From assembly GCA_044229975.1 (NCBI GenBank), contig JBGARZ010000004.1, positions 1 through 64,000 on the forward strand: a stretch of DNA of 64,000 nucleotides, written 5' to 3'. Every line of letters starts with the position of its first letter. The stretch's first letter is position 1. Shown here piece by piece: positions 49,304 through 60,305 of this stretch. The notes below the pieces were generated by a model, which made no database searches, was not told the DNA's origin, and worked only from the letters and a program-made list of their open reading frames with translations. The position numbers and the translations under genes are program-made. The stretch comes from Polyangiales bacterium. GTDB taxonomy: Bacteria; Myxococcota_A; Polyangia; Polyangiales; Ga0077539.

Positions 49304-50460
49304 GGCGCCCCTCGTCGGTGCACGGACGCCGCCACCTCGGCCCAGCGCCTCGCCTGTTCGGAGCGCCACCCCACGGAGCCCGAAGGCCCGTCGACGCGGC
49401 CGGTGGCGAAGGCCCGGGCGACGGCATCGCGGGGCGACCCGGTCGCGGCGACGGTCGGACAGAGACCGCTGACGGGAGCGCCGCGCGGGACTGCCTCGAA
49501 GGGAAGGCGGGTGTCGGCGACCAGCTCGCGGTGCAGGTCGCGCCACGGGCGATTGGCGGCCAGTGGGCGGCGGGAACGATTGGCCACGAAGTCCGCGAGC
49601 ACCACCCCGGCGGGGACGGCGTCCTCATAGCGCGGGGTCGACGCGACGACGAGGCGCACCCACGGGTCGGTCGTCGTCGAGGGAGCGTCGAAGGGAAAGC
49701 GCTCGGCCGCGCGGACGCAGGCTCCTACGTCCCGCGGTTGCAGCGGGCGAGAGCCCACGCGCGGGTCGTGGACGTTGCGCGTCGCGGCGAAGACCCAGAC
49801 CGTGTGGCGCTCGGCCGGGCGAGAGCGCAGCAGCGCGAAAACCCGTTCGAACAACAGTACGAGGAGGGCGAGGTAGCGGTCGGGGCCGTCGGGGGGAGTG
49901 CGCCCGTCGTCACTCGCCGCTACGGCGAAGCAGCGGTCGGCGCCGAAGCGGTCGAGGAGCTCACCGGCGACGTCGCGGTACCGACGCTCGACGTCGCGCG
50001 CGAGGCCGGTCAGGGCGTCGGCGATCGCCGGGTGGCGCTGTCGCAGCCAGCGCGACGCGTCGTCGAGCGCCTCGCGCTTCGGCCGCCGTCCTCTTTCCAG
50101 CGCGATGAACATCTCTGCGAGGTCGGGCTCAGCCGAAGATCGCGCGCAGAGGGCAGCCGCGTGCTCGATGGTCTGGGCGGCAGGGTGCGCGGCGCGGTCG
50201 GCAGGCGTGGCGAGCGCCCAGGCGCCGATCCACCACGCGGGCAGGCGCAGGTCGGTCGCGTGGGGCGGGTACCACGCGATGGGGTCGATGCGGCGGTAGA
50301 CCGCGCGCAGGATGGTGTCGGCCTCTCGCGAGGGCGGCTCGCGCAGCATGACCCCGGCGACGCAGACCGCCTCGTCGGCGCGGTCGAAGCGGCCGGACTC
50401 GTCGAGGTAGAGACTCCAGACGGAGTTGGTGCGCGCGCACGGTCGGCCTGCCTCCACCAT
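49300..50460 (-). CDS. DUF3800-like (RNase H-fold) protein
   Basis: N-terminal LYLDESG and C-terminal VVLADFVAN acidic motifs; start uncertain. Confidence 0.65.
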   Translation of the reverse strand: MVEAGRPCARTNSVWSLYLDESGRFDRADEAVCVAGVMLREPPSREADTILRAVYRRIDPIAWYPPHATDLRLPAWWIGAWALATPADRAAHPAAQTIEHAAALCARSSAEPDLAEMFIALERGRRPKREALDDASRWLRQRHPAIADALTGLARDVERRYRDVAGELLDRFGADRCFAVAASDDGRTPPDGPDRYLALLVLLFERVFALLRSRPAERHTVWVFAATRNVHDPRVGSRPLQPRDVGACVRAAERFPFDAPSTTTDPWVRLVVASTPRYEDAVPAGVVLADFVANRSRRPLAANRPWRDLHRELVADTRLPFEAVPRGAPVSGLCPTVAATGSPRDAVARAFATGRVDGPSGSVGWRSEQARRWAEVAASVHRRGAP

Positions 50461-50516
50461 CAGGGGCGCGAGAGTAGCGACTCGCGCGCGGCGGTCGCCA
50501 GCGGATTTCAACGCGG

Positions 50517-50543
50517 TGTCAGATCCCGGCGGGCTCCGTCGTC
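50517..50543 (+). promoter_or_regulatory. ECF-type promoter motif TGTCAG-N17-CGTC upstream of the glycosyltransferase operon
   Basis: tgtcag atcccggcgggctccgt cgtc, about 70 bp before the ATG at 50615. Confidence 0.62.
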
Positions 50544-50614
50544 GAGGGCAACGAGGCGGCGGTGGATCTCTCATCACGGGAGACCGACGCGCTCGCCGGG
50601 AGGGTCTCACCCCG

Positions 50615-53600
50615 ATGCCATCGCAGCTTCCAGGCTCCGCGTCCCTCGTCGCCGTCGTCATCGCCACCAAGGACCGCGAGGCCGCGCTCGCCAACCGCGC
50701 CCTGCGCTCGGTGCTGGCGCAGACGCGCACCCCTGACCTCCTCGTCGTCGTCGACGACTCGCAGCCGCGCCATCGTGAGGCCAACCGTCGCATCGTCGAC
50801 GCAGTCATGGCGCCGCCCGGACGCACGATGCGGGTGCGCTATCTACGCAACGCCCGCACGCCGGGTGCGAGCGGCGCGTGGAATGTCGGCCTCGACTGGG
50901 TCCACCGTCAGGTCGACGACTGTGACCGGGTGATGGTCGCGATCCTCGACGACGACGACGGATGGGAGCCCGGCTACCTCGCCGCGTGCGCGGCGGCCGC
51001 CCACGAGCGGGGGCTCGACATGGTCGCCGCGGACATCGTGCGCCGCGACGGACCGGGCGACCCCGGCGAGGTGCAGCGCGCGCCGGACGAGCTCGTCGCC
51101 CGTGACTTCCTCGTCCGCAACCCCGGCATCCAGGGCTCGAACCTGTTCGTCCGTCTGAGCTCGCTGCTCGCCGCGGGACTCTTCGACGAAGCCCTCCCGA
51201 GCTGCACCGATCGAGACCTCTGCGTGCGCCTCGCGGACCTCGGCTTCGTCCGCTACGGTCGCCTCGCGGAGCCCCTCGTGCACCACTTCGCCGAGGGCGG
51301 TCGGCCTCGCCTGTCGAGGGCGGGCTCTCCGCCCAAGCTCGCTGGCCTCGATGGCTTCCATCGCAAGTACCACCGCCGGATGACGCCGTCCGAGCGGTCC
51401 GCGTTCAGTGAACGAGCAGGCCGCTTGTTTGGTTGGCAGGTGCCGTCGCCCGACGCCCCGACCGCGCTGGCCCTCCACCCCAAGTCGATCACGCCAGTCG
51501 ACGGTCGACCGCTCTCGCTCGTCGTCGGGATGACCACACGGTCCGTGGTCGGCCCGGCCCTCAAGGCACTCCTCGGCGACCTCAGCGGGCTCCGTGGTCA
51601 GGCCGGTCTGAGCTCCCTGGAGGTCATCGTCCTGGAGAACGGTCCGCGCGGCGCCGACAGCGGGGCCGACCTCGTGCGGTGGGTCGATGAGCTCCAGGCC
51701 CGAGGGCTCGACGTCGTCCTCGTCCCGATGGAGCGGCAGCGGGTCGATGCTGTCGCCGGTGCGTTCGGCCGGTCGTTCGAGCGCGGTGTCGGGCAGGCGA
51801 GCATCGCCGCCGCCCGCACCATGCTCCAGACCTACCTCTATCTCTGGGCGCAACGGCGCCCCGGCGCCGTCACATGGATCCTCGACGACGACATGCGCCT
51901 CGACAACCTCGTGTGGCAGGGCGGTTCTCGGGTGGATCGTTCCCCCTCGGACGTCGTCGGGACCCTGCGCCGTCTCCGCGAGACCGGCGTGGCTGTCGCG
52001 ATCGGGACCTGCACCGAGGCGCCGCCGCTACCCTTCGCGAGCTGCGTGCGAACCCAGCTCGTGGACGCCTGGCACAACATCGAGCTGCTCGCCTGCCTCG
52101 ACCCAGCCGATGTGTTCCCTGAACTGCTGGAGGAGAACATGGCGAACCGCGCTCGCTTCAGCGACTACTACTACGACCTCTCCCGCCGGGAGACCGACCA
52201 CCTCGAAACGCCCTTCTGGTACGTGCCCGACGGCGCGGGGCGCACGGCCCGTGACGTGTTCGCCGAGGTTGCCGCCCGCCTGCCGCGCATCCTCGCGGGC
52301 GAGCAGGTTTTCCGTCCGCTGGTGCAGGACGCTGCCGTCGACCCGCTCGACCACATGCAGCCCTCGGTGCACCGGGGCGGCAACACCTTCGTGTTCGACC
52401 CGGAGGCCCTCTGGGACTTCCCCAATGGGGTCCCGTCTGTCGAGGGCAACGACACCCGGCGATCGGACATGGTGTGGAGCCTGCTCAACCGCTACGGGGC
52501 GCGCCGAACGGTGGTGAAGGTGCCCCTGCCGGTGCGGCAGCAGCGGGCCGACGTGGAGACGCAATGCCTCGACCTCGACAAGCTCGCCCGCGACATCCAG
52601 GGCTACGCCATCTACTCGGCGCTCGACGACCTGCTCCTGGAACGGGGCGAGCGCCGCGGCGTGGCGGGAGGGGCACACCTGCCCGATGAGCTCGACCTCG
52701 ACGAGACCGAGGTCCGGTTCGCGACGAAGCGGTTCCGCAAATACCTCGACGAGCGGTTGTACTCGTTTGAGCTCAGCTTCCATCGCGCGGCGGGCCTCGT
52801 GCGGGCACTCACCCGCTTCCTCGACCCCCAAGGCGGCTGGTGGTGGTTTGCCGACGCCAGCCTCGCGGACGCGCGGGAGCACCTTCGCGTCGCCCTCACA
52901 CTCTTCAACGACGAGTACGTCCTGGCGCGGTTGGCGTCCTTCCGCGGGCGTGTGCTCGCGGTTGACGACGCGATCGTGCGTGAGTGGTTCGGCGCCCTCC
53001 GCGCGGAGATCGTTGCGCGTCGCACGCATGGAGTGCCCGTGGCTGACGCCGCCCGGTGGCTCGACGGCGAGCGCGGGCGGTGCTCGCTGCGTCGGCTTGA
53101 GCGCGCGGGGATTCCGGGGCTGCGGGTTCTGGGCTGCGGTGCGGAGGGCGTCGTGCTCACGGACGGCGTCAGGGTCTTCAAGCACTTCGACGCACGCCGC
53201 CTCGCGCCGGAGCAGCAGGCGTTTCTCTCCGCGCAGGTCGGTCGCTGGGCGGGGTTGAGCAGCCTCTACGACCTCAGTGAAGTGCGCCTCGTCGGGGCCG
53301 ACGTGGTGCTGACCTACCCCTACGAGCCATCGGTCCCATACCGCGGCGGGCACGGCGACGCGGTGCGAACCTTCCTGGCGGAGTGCCGCGCCGTCGGCGT
53401 GGTGTTCACCAACGTGCACCCCGACAACATGGTGGTGACCGAGGCCGGGGCGCTGAAGTTCGTCGACTACGGCGGTGACGTCCAGGCGTTGACCGAGGAG
53501 TCGTGGTGGTCGATGGCGCGCCGCGCCTGGCTCTCAGCCCGCCACGCGTCACACCCCGATCTGAAGGCGCTCCTTCGTGCCTCCGCCGACGATCCCGGAA

Positions 53601-54289
53601 TGCCCGAACTGGCTGGTCTGGAAGCGTTCTTGCGCGTCGATCCGCGGGCCAGGAAGGAGTCCCTCCTCGACGATCGCCTTGAGGCGCTGGTGATGGCGCA
53701 GGCTCCTCGACGAGTCTTCGACTACGGCTGCGGCCACGGGGCGCTCGCCCGATCCGTCAGCCGTGGCGGCGTCGATGTCATCGCGTACGACCCGGACCCT
53801 GCGCTCTCGGCTCGATGGGAGAGGGCAGGGCAGGGCGCGGTGCGATACCTCACCTCCGGGGAGCTACCCGCCGTCGCGCGGTCCTCCTTCGACGTGGTCG
53901 TGTGCGCGCTGGTGTTGTGTGTGATCGACGACGAGACCGAGCTCCACCGCGTCGCGGTCGAACTGACCTCGCTCCTGGCGCCAGAGGGGCATCTCCTGGT
54001 CGCCGTCTGCAACCCCCATCACGTGGGGCGCGGGACCTGCCTCCAACACCGCGAACCGCCCGTCGACGACGCCGTCACCTGCGTCACCTGGAAGACGCTG
54101 CGCTCGACCAACAAGCGTCGACGGGACGTCCATCGACCGCTCTCTACGCTGCGGAGGATGTTCGGAGAGCTCGGCATGGAGATCGTTGCTACCGAGGAGA
54201 CGGCGGCGTTCGATCCCGACACGCTGGAGCCGTCCTCGGACTTCCTCATCCTCGACCTCGCACGCGCGACCACCGGAGGGACACGATGA
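50615..54289 (+). CDS. 1224-aa multidomain enzyme: GT2 + second GT-A-like + kinase-like + class I SAM methyltransferase
   Basis: [72 protein letters not shown]. Confidence 0.8.
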   Translation: MPSQLPGSASLVAVVIATKDREAALANRALRSVLAQTRTPDLLVVVDDSQPRHREANRRIVDAVMAPPGRTMRVRYLRNARTPGASGAWNVGLDWVHRQVDDCDRVMVAILDDDDGWEPGYLAACAAAAHERGLDMVAADIVRRDGPGDPGEVQRAPDELVARDFLVRNPGIQGSNLFVRLSSLLAAGLFDEALPSCTDRDLCVRLADLGFVRYGRLAEPLVHHFAEGGRPRLSRAGSPPKLAGLDGFHRKYHRRMTPSERSAFSERAGRLFGWQVPSPDAPTALALHPKSITPVDGRPLSLVVGMTTRSVVGPALKALLGDLSGLRGQAGLSSLEVIVLENGPRGADSGADLVRWVDELQARGLDVVLVPMERQRVDAVAGAFGRSFERGVGQASIAAARTMLQTYLYLWAQRRPGAVTWILDDDMRLDNLVWQGGSRVDRSPSDVVGTLRRLRETGVAVAIGTCTEAPPLPFASCVRTQLVDAWHNIELLACLDPADVFPELLEENMANRARFSDYYYDLSRRETDHLETPFWYVPDGAGRTARDVFAEVAARLPRILAGEQVFRPLVQDAAVDPLDHMQPSVHRGGNTFVFDPEALWDFPNGVPSVEGNDTRRSDMVWSLLNRYGARRTVVKVPLPVRQQRADVETQCLDLDKLARDIQGYAIYSALDDLLLERGERRGVAGGAHLPDELDLDETEVRFATKRFRKYLDERLYSFELSFHRAAGLVRALTRFLDPQGGWWWFADASLADAREHLRVALTLFNDEYVLARLASFRGRVLAVDDAIVREWFGALRAEIVARRTHGVPVADAARWLDGERGRCSLRRLERAGIPGLRVLGCGAEGVVLTDGVRVFKHFDARRLAPEQQAFLSAQVGRWAGLSSLYDLSEVRLVGADVVLTYPYEPSVPYRGGHGDAVRTFLAECRAVGVVFTNVHPDNMVVTEAGALKFVDYGGDVQALTEESWWSMARRAWLSARHASHPDLKALLRASADDPGMPELAGLEAFLRVDPRARKESLLDDRLEALVMAQAPRRVFDYGCGHGALARSVSRGGVDVIAYDPDPALSARWERAGQGAVRYLTSGELPAVARSSFDVVVCALVLCVIDDETELHRVAVELTSLLAPEGHLLVAVCNPHHVGRGTCLQHREPPVDDAVTCVTWKTLRSTNKRRRDVHRPLSTLRRMFGELGMEIVATEETAAFDPDTLEPSSDFLILDLARATTGGTR

Positions 54290-54834
54290 GCGCTACGCGC
54301 CGTCCAGTGGCCGCCGTGATCGGCGACGCCCGTGCCGACGAGGACGACCTGCGGGTCGCCGAAGCGCTCGGCGTCGCCTTGGTGGATGGAGGATTCCGCG
54401 TCGTCACCGGAGGGCTCGGCGGGGTGATGCGAGCCGCCTCGCGCGGCGCCCGATCGGCCGCCGGACATCAGCCGGGCGACGTCATCGGCGTGCTTCCCAC
54501 CTACTCGGCCGACGACGCCAATGAGTTCGTCGAGGTGGTGATCTGCACGGGCCTCAACCACGCTCGCAACATCGTGGTCGTGGCGAGCGCGGACGTCGTC
54601 TTCGCGCTAGGCGGAAAGAGCGGAACCCTCAGCGAGATCGCGTTCGCGTGGAAGCTCGGCAAGCCCATCATCGCGGTGGGGGCTGCTCCGGGCTGGGCCT
54701 CGCGAGTCGCGGGTGCGCCCATCGACGACCGTCGCGAGGACCAGGTGCATGGTCCCCTCGTGCCTGCGGAGGCCGTGGTTCTCGGGAGAGAACTCCTGAC
54801 CCGTCCTCGCACAAAGCCAGCGAGCTTCGGGTGA
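54286..54834 (+). CDS. SLOG/LOG-superfamily protein (TIGR00725-like)
   Basis: [41 protein letters not shown] overlap. Confidence 0.85.
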   Translation: MSATRRPVAAVIGDARADEDDLRVAEALGVALVDGGFRVVTGGLGGVMRAASRGARSAAGHQPGDVIGVLPTYSADDANEFVEVVICTGLNHARNIVVVASADVVFALGGKSGTLSEIAFAWKLGKPIIAVGAAPGWASRVAGAPIDDRREDQVHGPLVPAEAVVLGRELLTRPRTKPASFG

Positions 54835-55739
54835 GCGCTCCCCTTGTGATCCTCTGCTACCACCGGGTTCTCCCCGAGACCGAGCGTGCGGGCGCGGGCC
54901 GTCCCTACTTCACGCGCGGCACCGCCGTGAGCGAACAGACTTTCTCCGCCCAGATGCGCGCTGTCGCCGAGCGCTTCGACGTGCTCTCGGAGCCTGAGGT
55001 TCTCGCGTGGCGACGAGGCGAGCGCGAGCTGTCCCGCCCGTCGTGTTGGATCACCTTCGACGACGGCTATCGCGACGTGATCGAGCGCGCGGTGCCAACC
55101 CTGGCGCGCCTCGGGCTACCCGCGACGGTGTTTGTCACCACGGGCCTGCTTGGAGACCCCACGCGCTGGCTCCCGGCCGATCTCTGGTACGCAGTGCTGA
55201 GCCGCGCCACCCGAACCCGCGGGGTCATGCGAGGCGTCGACGGAGAACGGGTGATCGTCGATCTGACCGCCGACCATGGGCGGTGGGTCGACGGACCCGA
55301 GCGTCGCAACTACCTGCGGGCCTCGGCGGTCGAACAGCGGCGGACGATCGGCGAGCTCGCCGAGGCGCTCAGGGCAGCCTTGCCCGAGGTGCCCGAACTC
55401 TACCTATCGGCAACCGACCTGATCGCGCTGAAGCGCCTGCGTTGGACCGTCGGCGGTCACGGCCACACCCACGCGATACTGCCCCGGATTTCGAGTGACG
55501 ATCTGTTGCGAGAGGTGGTTGCACCGCGCGAGACGCTGTCGGCGCTGGGGCTGACGCCGCGTGTGTTCGCTCATCCCGACGGCGCGCATGACGCTCGCGT
55601 TGCAGCGGCCACATCCGCGGCGGGTTGGGACGTCGCCCTCGCGCTGGAGGGGCGGCCGGCCAACCGCTCGGACCATTCGCTGGCGCTACCCAGGTTCATT
55701 CCCCCTGATGATCCGCATTGGATCGAGCAGCACTTGTAA
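54831..55739 (+). CDS. NodB-type polysaccharide deacetylase
   Basis: LCYHRV, ITFDDGY, GGHGHTH, FAHPDG; GTGA overlap. Confidence 0.88.
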   Translation: MSAPLVILCYHRVLPETERAGAGRPYFTRGTAVSEQTFSAQMRAVAERFDVLSEPEVLAWRRGERELSRPSCWITFDDGYRDVIERAVPTLARLGLPATVFVTTGLLGDPTRWLPADLWYAVLSRATRTRGVMRGVDGERVIVDLTADHGRWVDGPERRNYLRASAVEQRRTIGELAEALRAALPEVPELYLSATDLIALKRLRWTVGGHGHTHAILPRISSDDLLREVVAPRETLSALGLTPRVFAHPDGAHDARVAAATSAAGWDVALALEGRPANRSDHSLALPRFIPPDDPHWIEQHL

Positions 55740-55819
55740 ACCGCTGTGGGCCCGACGAGCGCATTGACGCCGGTGTCCCGCGCGTCCGATCGTCGACCGG
55801 AAAGGGAAGGGAGCACCCG

Positions 55820-58540
55820 ATGCACAGCTATGAAGAAGCCGAGTTCGCGCGCAAGGTGGAGGCGGCCCTCGCGCGGGTTCGCACGGTGCTCGATCGCACC
55901 CGCGACCCGCGGTCGCCCGACGACGTCCCGCACTCGTATGGGGACAAGTTCCTGCTCGCGGAGTTTCTCGGCCGCGCGACGGTGGCGTCGCTGCTGCTCT
56001 GCCTCGAAAACCTCGGACTCGACCACGACGGCCTCGCGAAGCTCCTGGCGTGGGCGGCCACGCGCTCGGTCACCCTGCGGCTGCGGTCGCGGGAGGAGTG
56101 CGCGTTCGTGCGCGAGGTCGTCCGCAAGGTCGAGGGTCCCGAGGAGCACGTCACCGAGGTGCGCGGGTTTCTCGGGGCGAAGACGACCCGCAGCGAGAAG
56201 ATCGTCACCACCATCACCGAGTACCTCTGGAGCTACGAAGCCCGCTACGAGCTCGTGGCCTTCCAGGGCGCCGACCCGAGCGACGCGCTGGTGCTCGCGT
56301 CGCGCGCCGGGCGCATCGAGATCAAGACCGCCACCAACGTGACGCCGCGGCCGCGCTCGGTCGTTCGCCCCAACATCGACCTCAACCTCGCGTGGCTCCT
56401 CCGGCAGATCGACGACGCCGGGCGCGCCGCCTTCGCCATCGAACGCGCCGACGCCGCCTGCCACACCCCGCGGCGCAACCCGCAGGTCGACGAGGCCTTC
56501 CAGGCCGTCGGGGAGTTCGACGCATGGTGCGCGGCCGTCGCGGTGCACTTCCGTCTGGCGGTCTTTCCCGCCCACGCGGGCCACGGGCTCGACCTCGCCG
56601 CCATCAACGCCGCCGAGGTGTTCGTCCCGGTGGTTCCGTTGTTCGACCAGGGCGCCGGCGGTGAGCTGCTGCCGGTCGGGCACCTCGGGGCCTTCCTCGA
56701 CGAAGAGCGCCGCAGCCTCGCGGAGAAGTGCGCGAGCATCGACGCCGCGTTTCCCCAAGACGGGACGGTGATCACCGCGCACGAGGCCCGGCTGCTGGTC
56801 ACCGTGCTGCACGCGCAGGAGGTGTGTCGCCACTTCGCCGCGGGCGTGGACTTCATCGAGGCGATGCTCCGCGCGCAGCTCGTCGCGGCCATCGGCAAGG
56901 AGCTCACGCCCGCGGAGTTCGCGGACTACATGACCTTCCACCACCGCAAGCTGTTCAAGCCCGAGTACCGGCCGCAGCCCTTCTCCTACGCGGTGCGCCG
57001 ACCCGACCACGACCCGGAGGGCAACGTCAGCATCGAGGCGGATGGCGGGAGCGGGGTGGCTGATCCCGTTCCGACCATCGTGACGCGGCGAGAGGCGACG
57101 CGGCCCATGAGCTTCGCCCTCGACGCTTCTACCCGCGTGTCCTTTCTCGGCGAGCGCTACCTGCACGCGTGGGTGGCGCACCAGTTCTCCGGGCGCACCG
57201 ACCTCGCGCTGTCGCTCGTCGCCAGGGCGAGGCAGTTCAGCAGCTTCCTGCTCCTCGTCGGCCGCGTCGCCTCGGCCGACTCCTTCGACCCGCGCTTCGG
57301 CATCATCGTCCAGAACAAGGACCTGCTCACCATCCCGCTGCTGTTGGAGCAGATCCCGACGCCGAAGGAATTTCGCGACGCCATCGAGTCGCTGTCGCCG
57401 GAGCAGCAGCGCTTCGCCAGGGCGTTTCGCGGGATGCAGTTGGAGAGCACGCTCTTCGGCGTGTGCGTGGTGCAGATCAAGCCGCAGTTGGAGCGGCTGC
57501 TGAAGCTCCCGCCCGACAGCCTCACCAAGGAGATCAAGCTCACGCAAGACCTCCTCGGGCTCTTCATGGAGCACCAGATTCCGAGCGACCTGCTCTCCTA
57601 CGACGGCCCGGCGGAGGCGGAGGCCGCGTACAAGCTGGCGCGCGTGACCGAGTACGTCGGCCGCATGCACAACGTCATCAACGCGGCGAAGCAGCGGGAG
57701 CTCGACGAGGCGCGGGAGCGGGAGGCGTACCGCCTGGCGGAGCTCAACCGCACGCCCGTCGTGCAGGCAGCGCCGATGTTCGCGCCGCCCGGGTACGGTG
57801 GACCGCCGCCCTCCTTCGGTGGGCCACCATCATCGGCCCCGTATCCGTCGGCGCCGATGATGATGGTGGGTGGACCGCCGCCCGCTCCGGCGCCGATGCC
57901 GGTGCCCATGCCAATGATGGAGATGGAGTTCGAGCGCTCCACGATGGCTGCGCCTTCGCAGGCCACCGGCGCCGCGGTGCTGCCGCCACGGCCCGAAGCC
58001 GCCGCGCCTCCCGCGCAGTCCGCGACTTCTTCCGAGCGGTCCGACGCGCCCTCTGTCGACGACGACCAGCCCGACTACACCCGCATCCCGGCCGCCCTCG
58101 ACCGGAAGTTCGACGAGCTCGATGAGGACGGCGCGCTGCGCCCGACGATCGTCGGCGTCGACGACGTGTGGACCCGCCGCTCGCAGAAGTCACTGCTCGC
58201 CGAGCCGGCCGAGGAGGTCCTCGGCCCGGACGAGCAGAAGACCGAGCGGTCGCGGGCCTTCGACCTCCTCGACGCGCTCACCAAGTCGGGCGCGATTCCG
58301 CTGGAGCACGCGAGCCTGCACGTCGTCATCGCCGCCACGCACTGCTTCGACGACACGCTGCTCGACACGGTGATCCGCCGCAACGTGAACCCCGTCGAGC
58401 GGGTCGAGCGCTCGTCGGTCATCGTCGCCACCACCATCCACAACCGCGCGGCCGCCGAGCTGCTCGCCGACGACCAGCGCGAGAGGTTCTTGAGCGGCTC
58501 ACCGAAGCTCCGCATCGCCGCGCCTGACGCCGACAAGTAG
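55820..58540 (+). CDS. Large hypothetical protein (906 aa) with a Pro/Met-rich linker
   Basis: Long ORF with host-like codon usage and an RBS; no domain recognised. Confidence 0.8.
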   Translation: MHSYEEAEFARKVEAALARVRTVLDRTRDPRSPDDVPHSYGDKFLLAEFLGRATVASLLLCLENLGLDHDGLAKLLAWAATRSVTLRLRSREECAFVREVVRKVEGPEEHVTEVRGFLGAKTTRSEKIVTTITEYLWSYEARYELVAFQGADPSDALVLASRAGRIEIKTATNVTPRPRSVVRPNIDLNLAWLLRQIDDAGRAAFAIERADAACHTPRRNPQVDEAFQAVGEFDAWCAAVAVHFRLAVFPAHAGHGLDLAAINAAEVFVPVVPLFDQGAGGELLPVGHLGAFLDEERRSLAEKCASIDAAFPQDGTVITAHEARLLVTVLHAQEVCRHFAAGVDFIEAMLRAQLVAAIGKELTPAEFADYMTFHHRKLFKPEYRPQPFSYAVRRPDHDPEGNVSIEADGGSGVADPVPTIVTRREATRPMSFALDASTRVSFLGERYLHAWVAHQFSGRTDLALSLVARARQFSSFLLLVGRVASADSFDPRFGIIVQNKDLLTIPLLLEQIPTPKEFRDAIESLSPEQQRFARAFRGMQLESTLFGVCVVQIKPQLERLLKLPPDSLTKEIKLTQDLLGLFMEHQIPSDLLSYDGPAEAEAAYKLARVTEYVGRMHNVINAAKQRELDEAREREAYRLAELNRTPVVQAAPMFAPPGYGGPPPSFGGPPSSAPYPSAPMMMVGGPPPAPAPMPVPMPMMEMEFERSTMAAPSQATGAAVLPPRPEAAAPPAQSATSSERSDAPSVDDDQPDYTRIPAALDRKFDELDEDGALRPTIVGVDDVWTRRSQKSLLAEPAEEVLGPDEQKTERSRAFDLLDALTKSGAIPLEHASLHVVIAATHCFDDTLLDTVIRRNVNPVERVERSSVIVATTIHNRAAAELLADDQRERFLSGSPKLRIAAPDADK

Positions 58541-58561
58541 CGCCCAAGGTTGCCGGTCCTG

Positions 58562-58601
58562 GCGCCCGTCGCCGCGCACTGAAGTACGCGGCGACGGGCG
58601 C
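58562..58601 (+). terminator. 15-bp perfect hairpin after the large hypothetical gene
   Basis: gcgcccgtcgccgcg / cgcggcgacgggcgc with a 10-nt loop; no U-tract. Confidence 0.45.
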
Positions 58602-58641
58602 GGTGACGCCTCCTCCGACCACCACCGCCCTCTGCCCACGC

Positions 58642-58671
58642 TTGACACTCCCGCGGGGTCGCCCGTAGGTT
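58642..58671 (+). promoter_or_regulatory. Probable sigma-70 promoter of rho
   Basis: TTGACA-N18-TAGGTT about 300 bp upstream of rho. Confidence 0.55.
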
Positions 58672-58975
58672 CCGCCGCCGCTCGTCACGCCGTCACGGCA
58701 CTGCCCATTCCACTGCTCCGCACGATCCTTCGGGCGCTCAACGGGTCCCCCGACCCGCCCCACCGTTCTGCCCGACCGCACCCTCCACGAGACCCCTCCA
58801 GAGATGCACCGATCCGACGACGCAGGGACGCATTGCCACCTCCGACGACGCGCGAGCGTGGGCCCTGACACCGTCGACCTTTCGCTTCGCGGTTCTTCGC
58901 GGCGGCGGTCGACACTCCCCCGATGACCGCGCGGGCCACGCAGTAGCGCCCGGCGGCAGTTTCGAAAGAGAGACG

Positions 58976-60232
58976 ATGGACGCAATCAACCTCCGCGAAC
59001 TCAAGCAGAAGCCGATGCCCGAACTCCTCGCCATGGCGAAGGAGCTCACCATCGAAAACGCCCCCGGCCTCCGCAAGCAGGAGCTCATCTTCGCGCTCCT
59101 CCAGGCGCACTCGGCCCGCAAGGGCGAGGTGACCGCCGAGGGCGTGCTCGAGTGCCTCCCCGACGGCTTCGGCTTCCTCCGCGCGCAGGACTACAACTAC
59201 CTCCCCGGCCCCGACGACATCTACGTCTCGCCGTCGCAGATCCGCCGCTTCAACCTCCGCACCGGCGACTCCGTGGTCGGCACCGTCCGCCCGCCGCGCG
59301 ACAACGAGCGCTACTTCGCGCTCCTCAAGGTCGACCGCATCAACTTCGAGACCCCCGAAGCGGCCCGCGACAAGATCCTCTTCGACAACCTCACGCCGCT
59401 CTACCCCCAGCAGCGCTTCAACCTCGAGCACGACCGCAAGAACAACTCGACCCGCATCATCGACCTGCTGGTCCCGATCGGGAAGGGTCAGCGCTGCCTC
59501 ATCGTCTCGCCGCCGCGCGCGGGCAAGACGGTGCTCATGCAGAACATCGCCAACGCCATCAGCACCAACCACCCCGACGCCAAGCTCATCGTGCTGCTCA
59601 TCGACGAGCGGCCCGAGGAGGTCACCGACATGCAGCGCTCGGTGAAGGGCGAGGTCGTCTCCAGCACCTTCGACGAGCCCGCCACGCGCCACGTCCAGGT
59701 CGCCGAGATGGTGATCGAGAAGGCCAAGCGCCTCGTCGAGCACAAGCACGACGTCATCATCCTCCTCGACTCCATCACGCGCCTCGCCCGCGCCTACAAC
59801 ACGGTCGTCCCGGCCTCCGGGAAGATCCTGTCGGGCGGCGTCGACGCCAACGCGCTACACAAGCCCAAGCGCTTCTTCGGCGCGGCCCGCAACCTCGAAG
59901 AGGGCGGCTCGCTCACCATCATCGCCACGGCCCTCGTCGACACCGGGTCGCGCATGGACGAAGTGATCTTCGAGGAGTTCAAGGGGACGGGCAACAGCGA
60001 GATCCACCTCGATCGCAAGCTGATGGAGAAGCGCATCTTCCCGTGCCTCGACATCAACAAGTCGGCGACCCGCAAGGAGGAGCTGCTGCTGCCCGAGTTC
60101 ACGCTCCAGCGCGTGTGGCTGCTGCGTCAGCTCCTGCACCCGCTCAACGTCATCGACTCGATGGAATTCCTGCTCGACAAGGTGAACCGCACCGAGAGCA
60201 ACCGGGAGTTCCTTGAGTCGATGAACCAGTAA
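58976..60232 (+). CDS. rho: Transcription termination factor Rho
   Basis: [54 protein letters not shown]. Confidence 0.98.
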   Translation: MDAINLRELKQKPMPELLAMAKELTIENAPGLRKQELIFALLQAHSARKGEVTAEGVLECLPDGFGFLRAQDYNYLPGPDDIYVSPSQIRRFNLRTGDSVVGTVRPPRDNERYFALLKVDRINFETPEAARDKILFDNLTPLYPQQRFNLEHDRKNNSTRIIDLLVPIGKGQRCLIVSPPRAGKTVLMQNIANAISTNHPDAKLIVLLIDERPEEVTDMQRSVKGEVVSSTFDEPATRHVQVAEMVIEKAKRLVEHKHDVIILLDSITRLARAYNTVVPASGKILSGGVDANALHKPKRFFGAARNLEEGGSLTIIATALVDTGSRMDEVIFEEFKGTGNSEIHLDRKLMEKRIFPCLDINKSATRKEELLLPEFTLQRVWLLRQLLHPLNVIDSMEFLLDKVNRTESNREFLESMNQ

Positions 60233-60256
60233 TCGTCGACGCGAAGGTCGACCATC

Positions 60257-60297
60257 GAAGGGGCGGGGTGAGGTTCAATGGACTCACCCCGCTCTTC
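60257..60297. terminator. Hairpin between convergent rho and lipoprotein genes
   Basis: gaaggggcggggtgag / ctcaccccgctcttc followed by tcattt. Confidence 0.55.
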
Positions 60298-60305
60298 TCA
60301 TTTCG

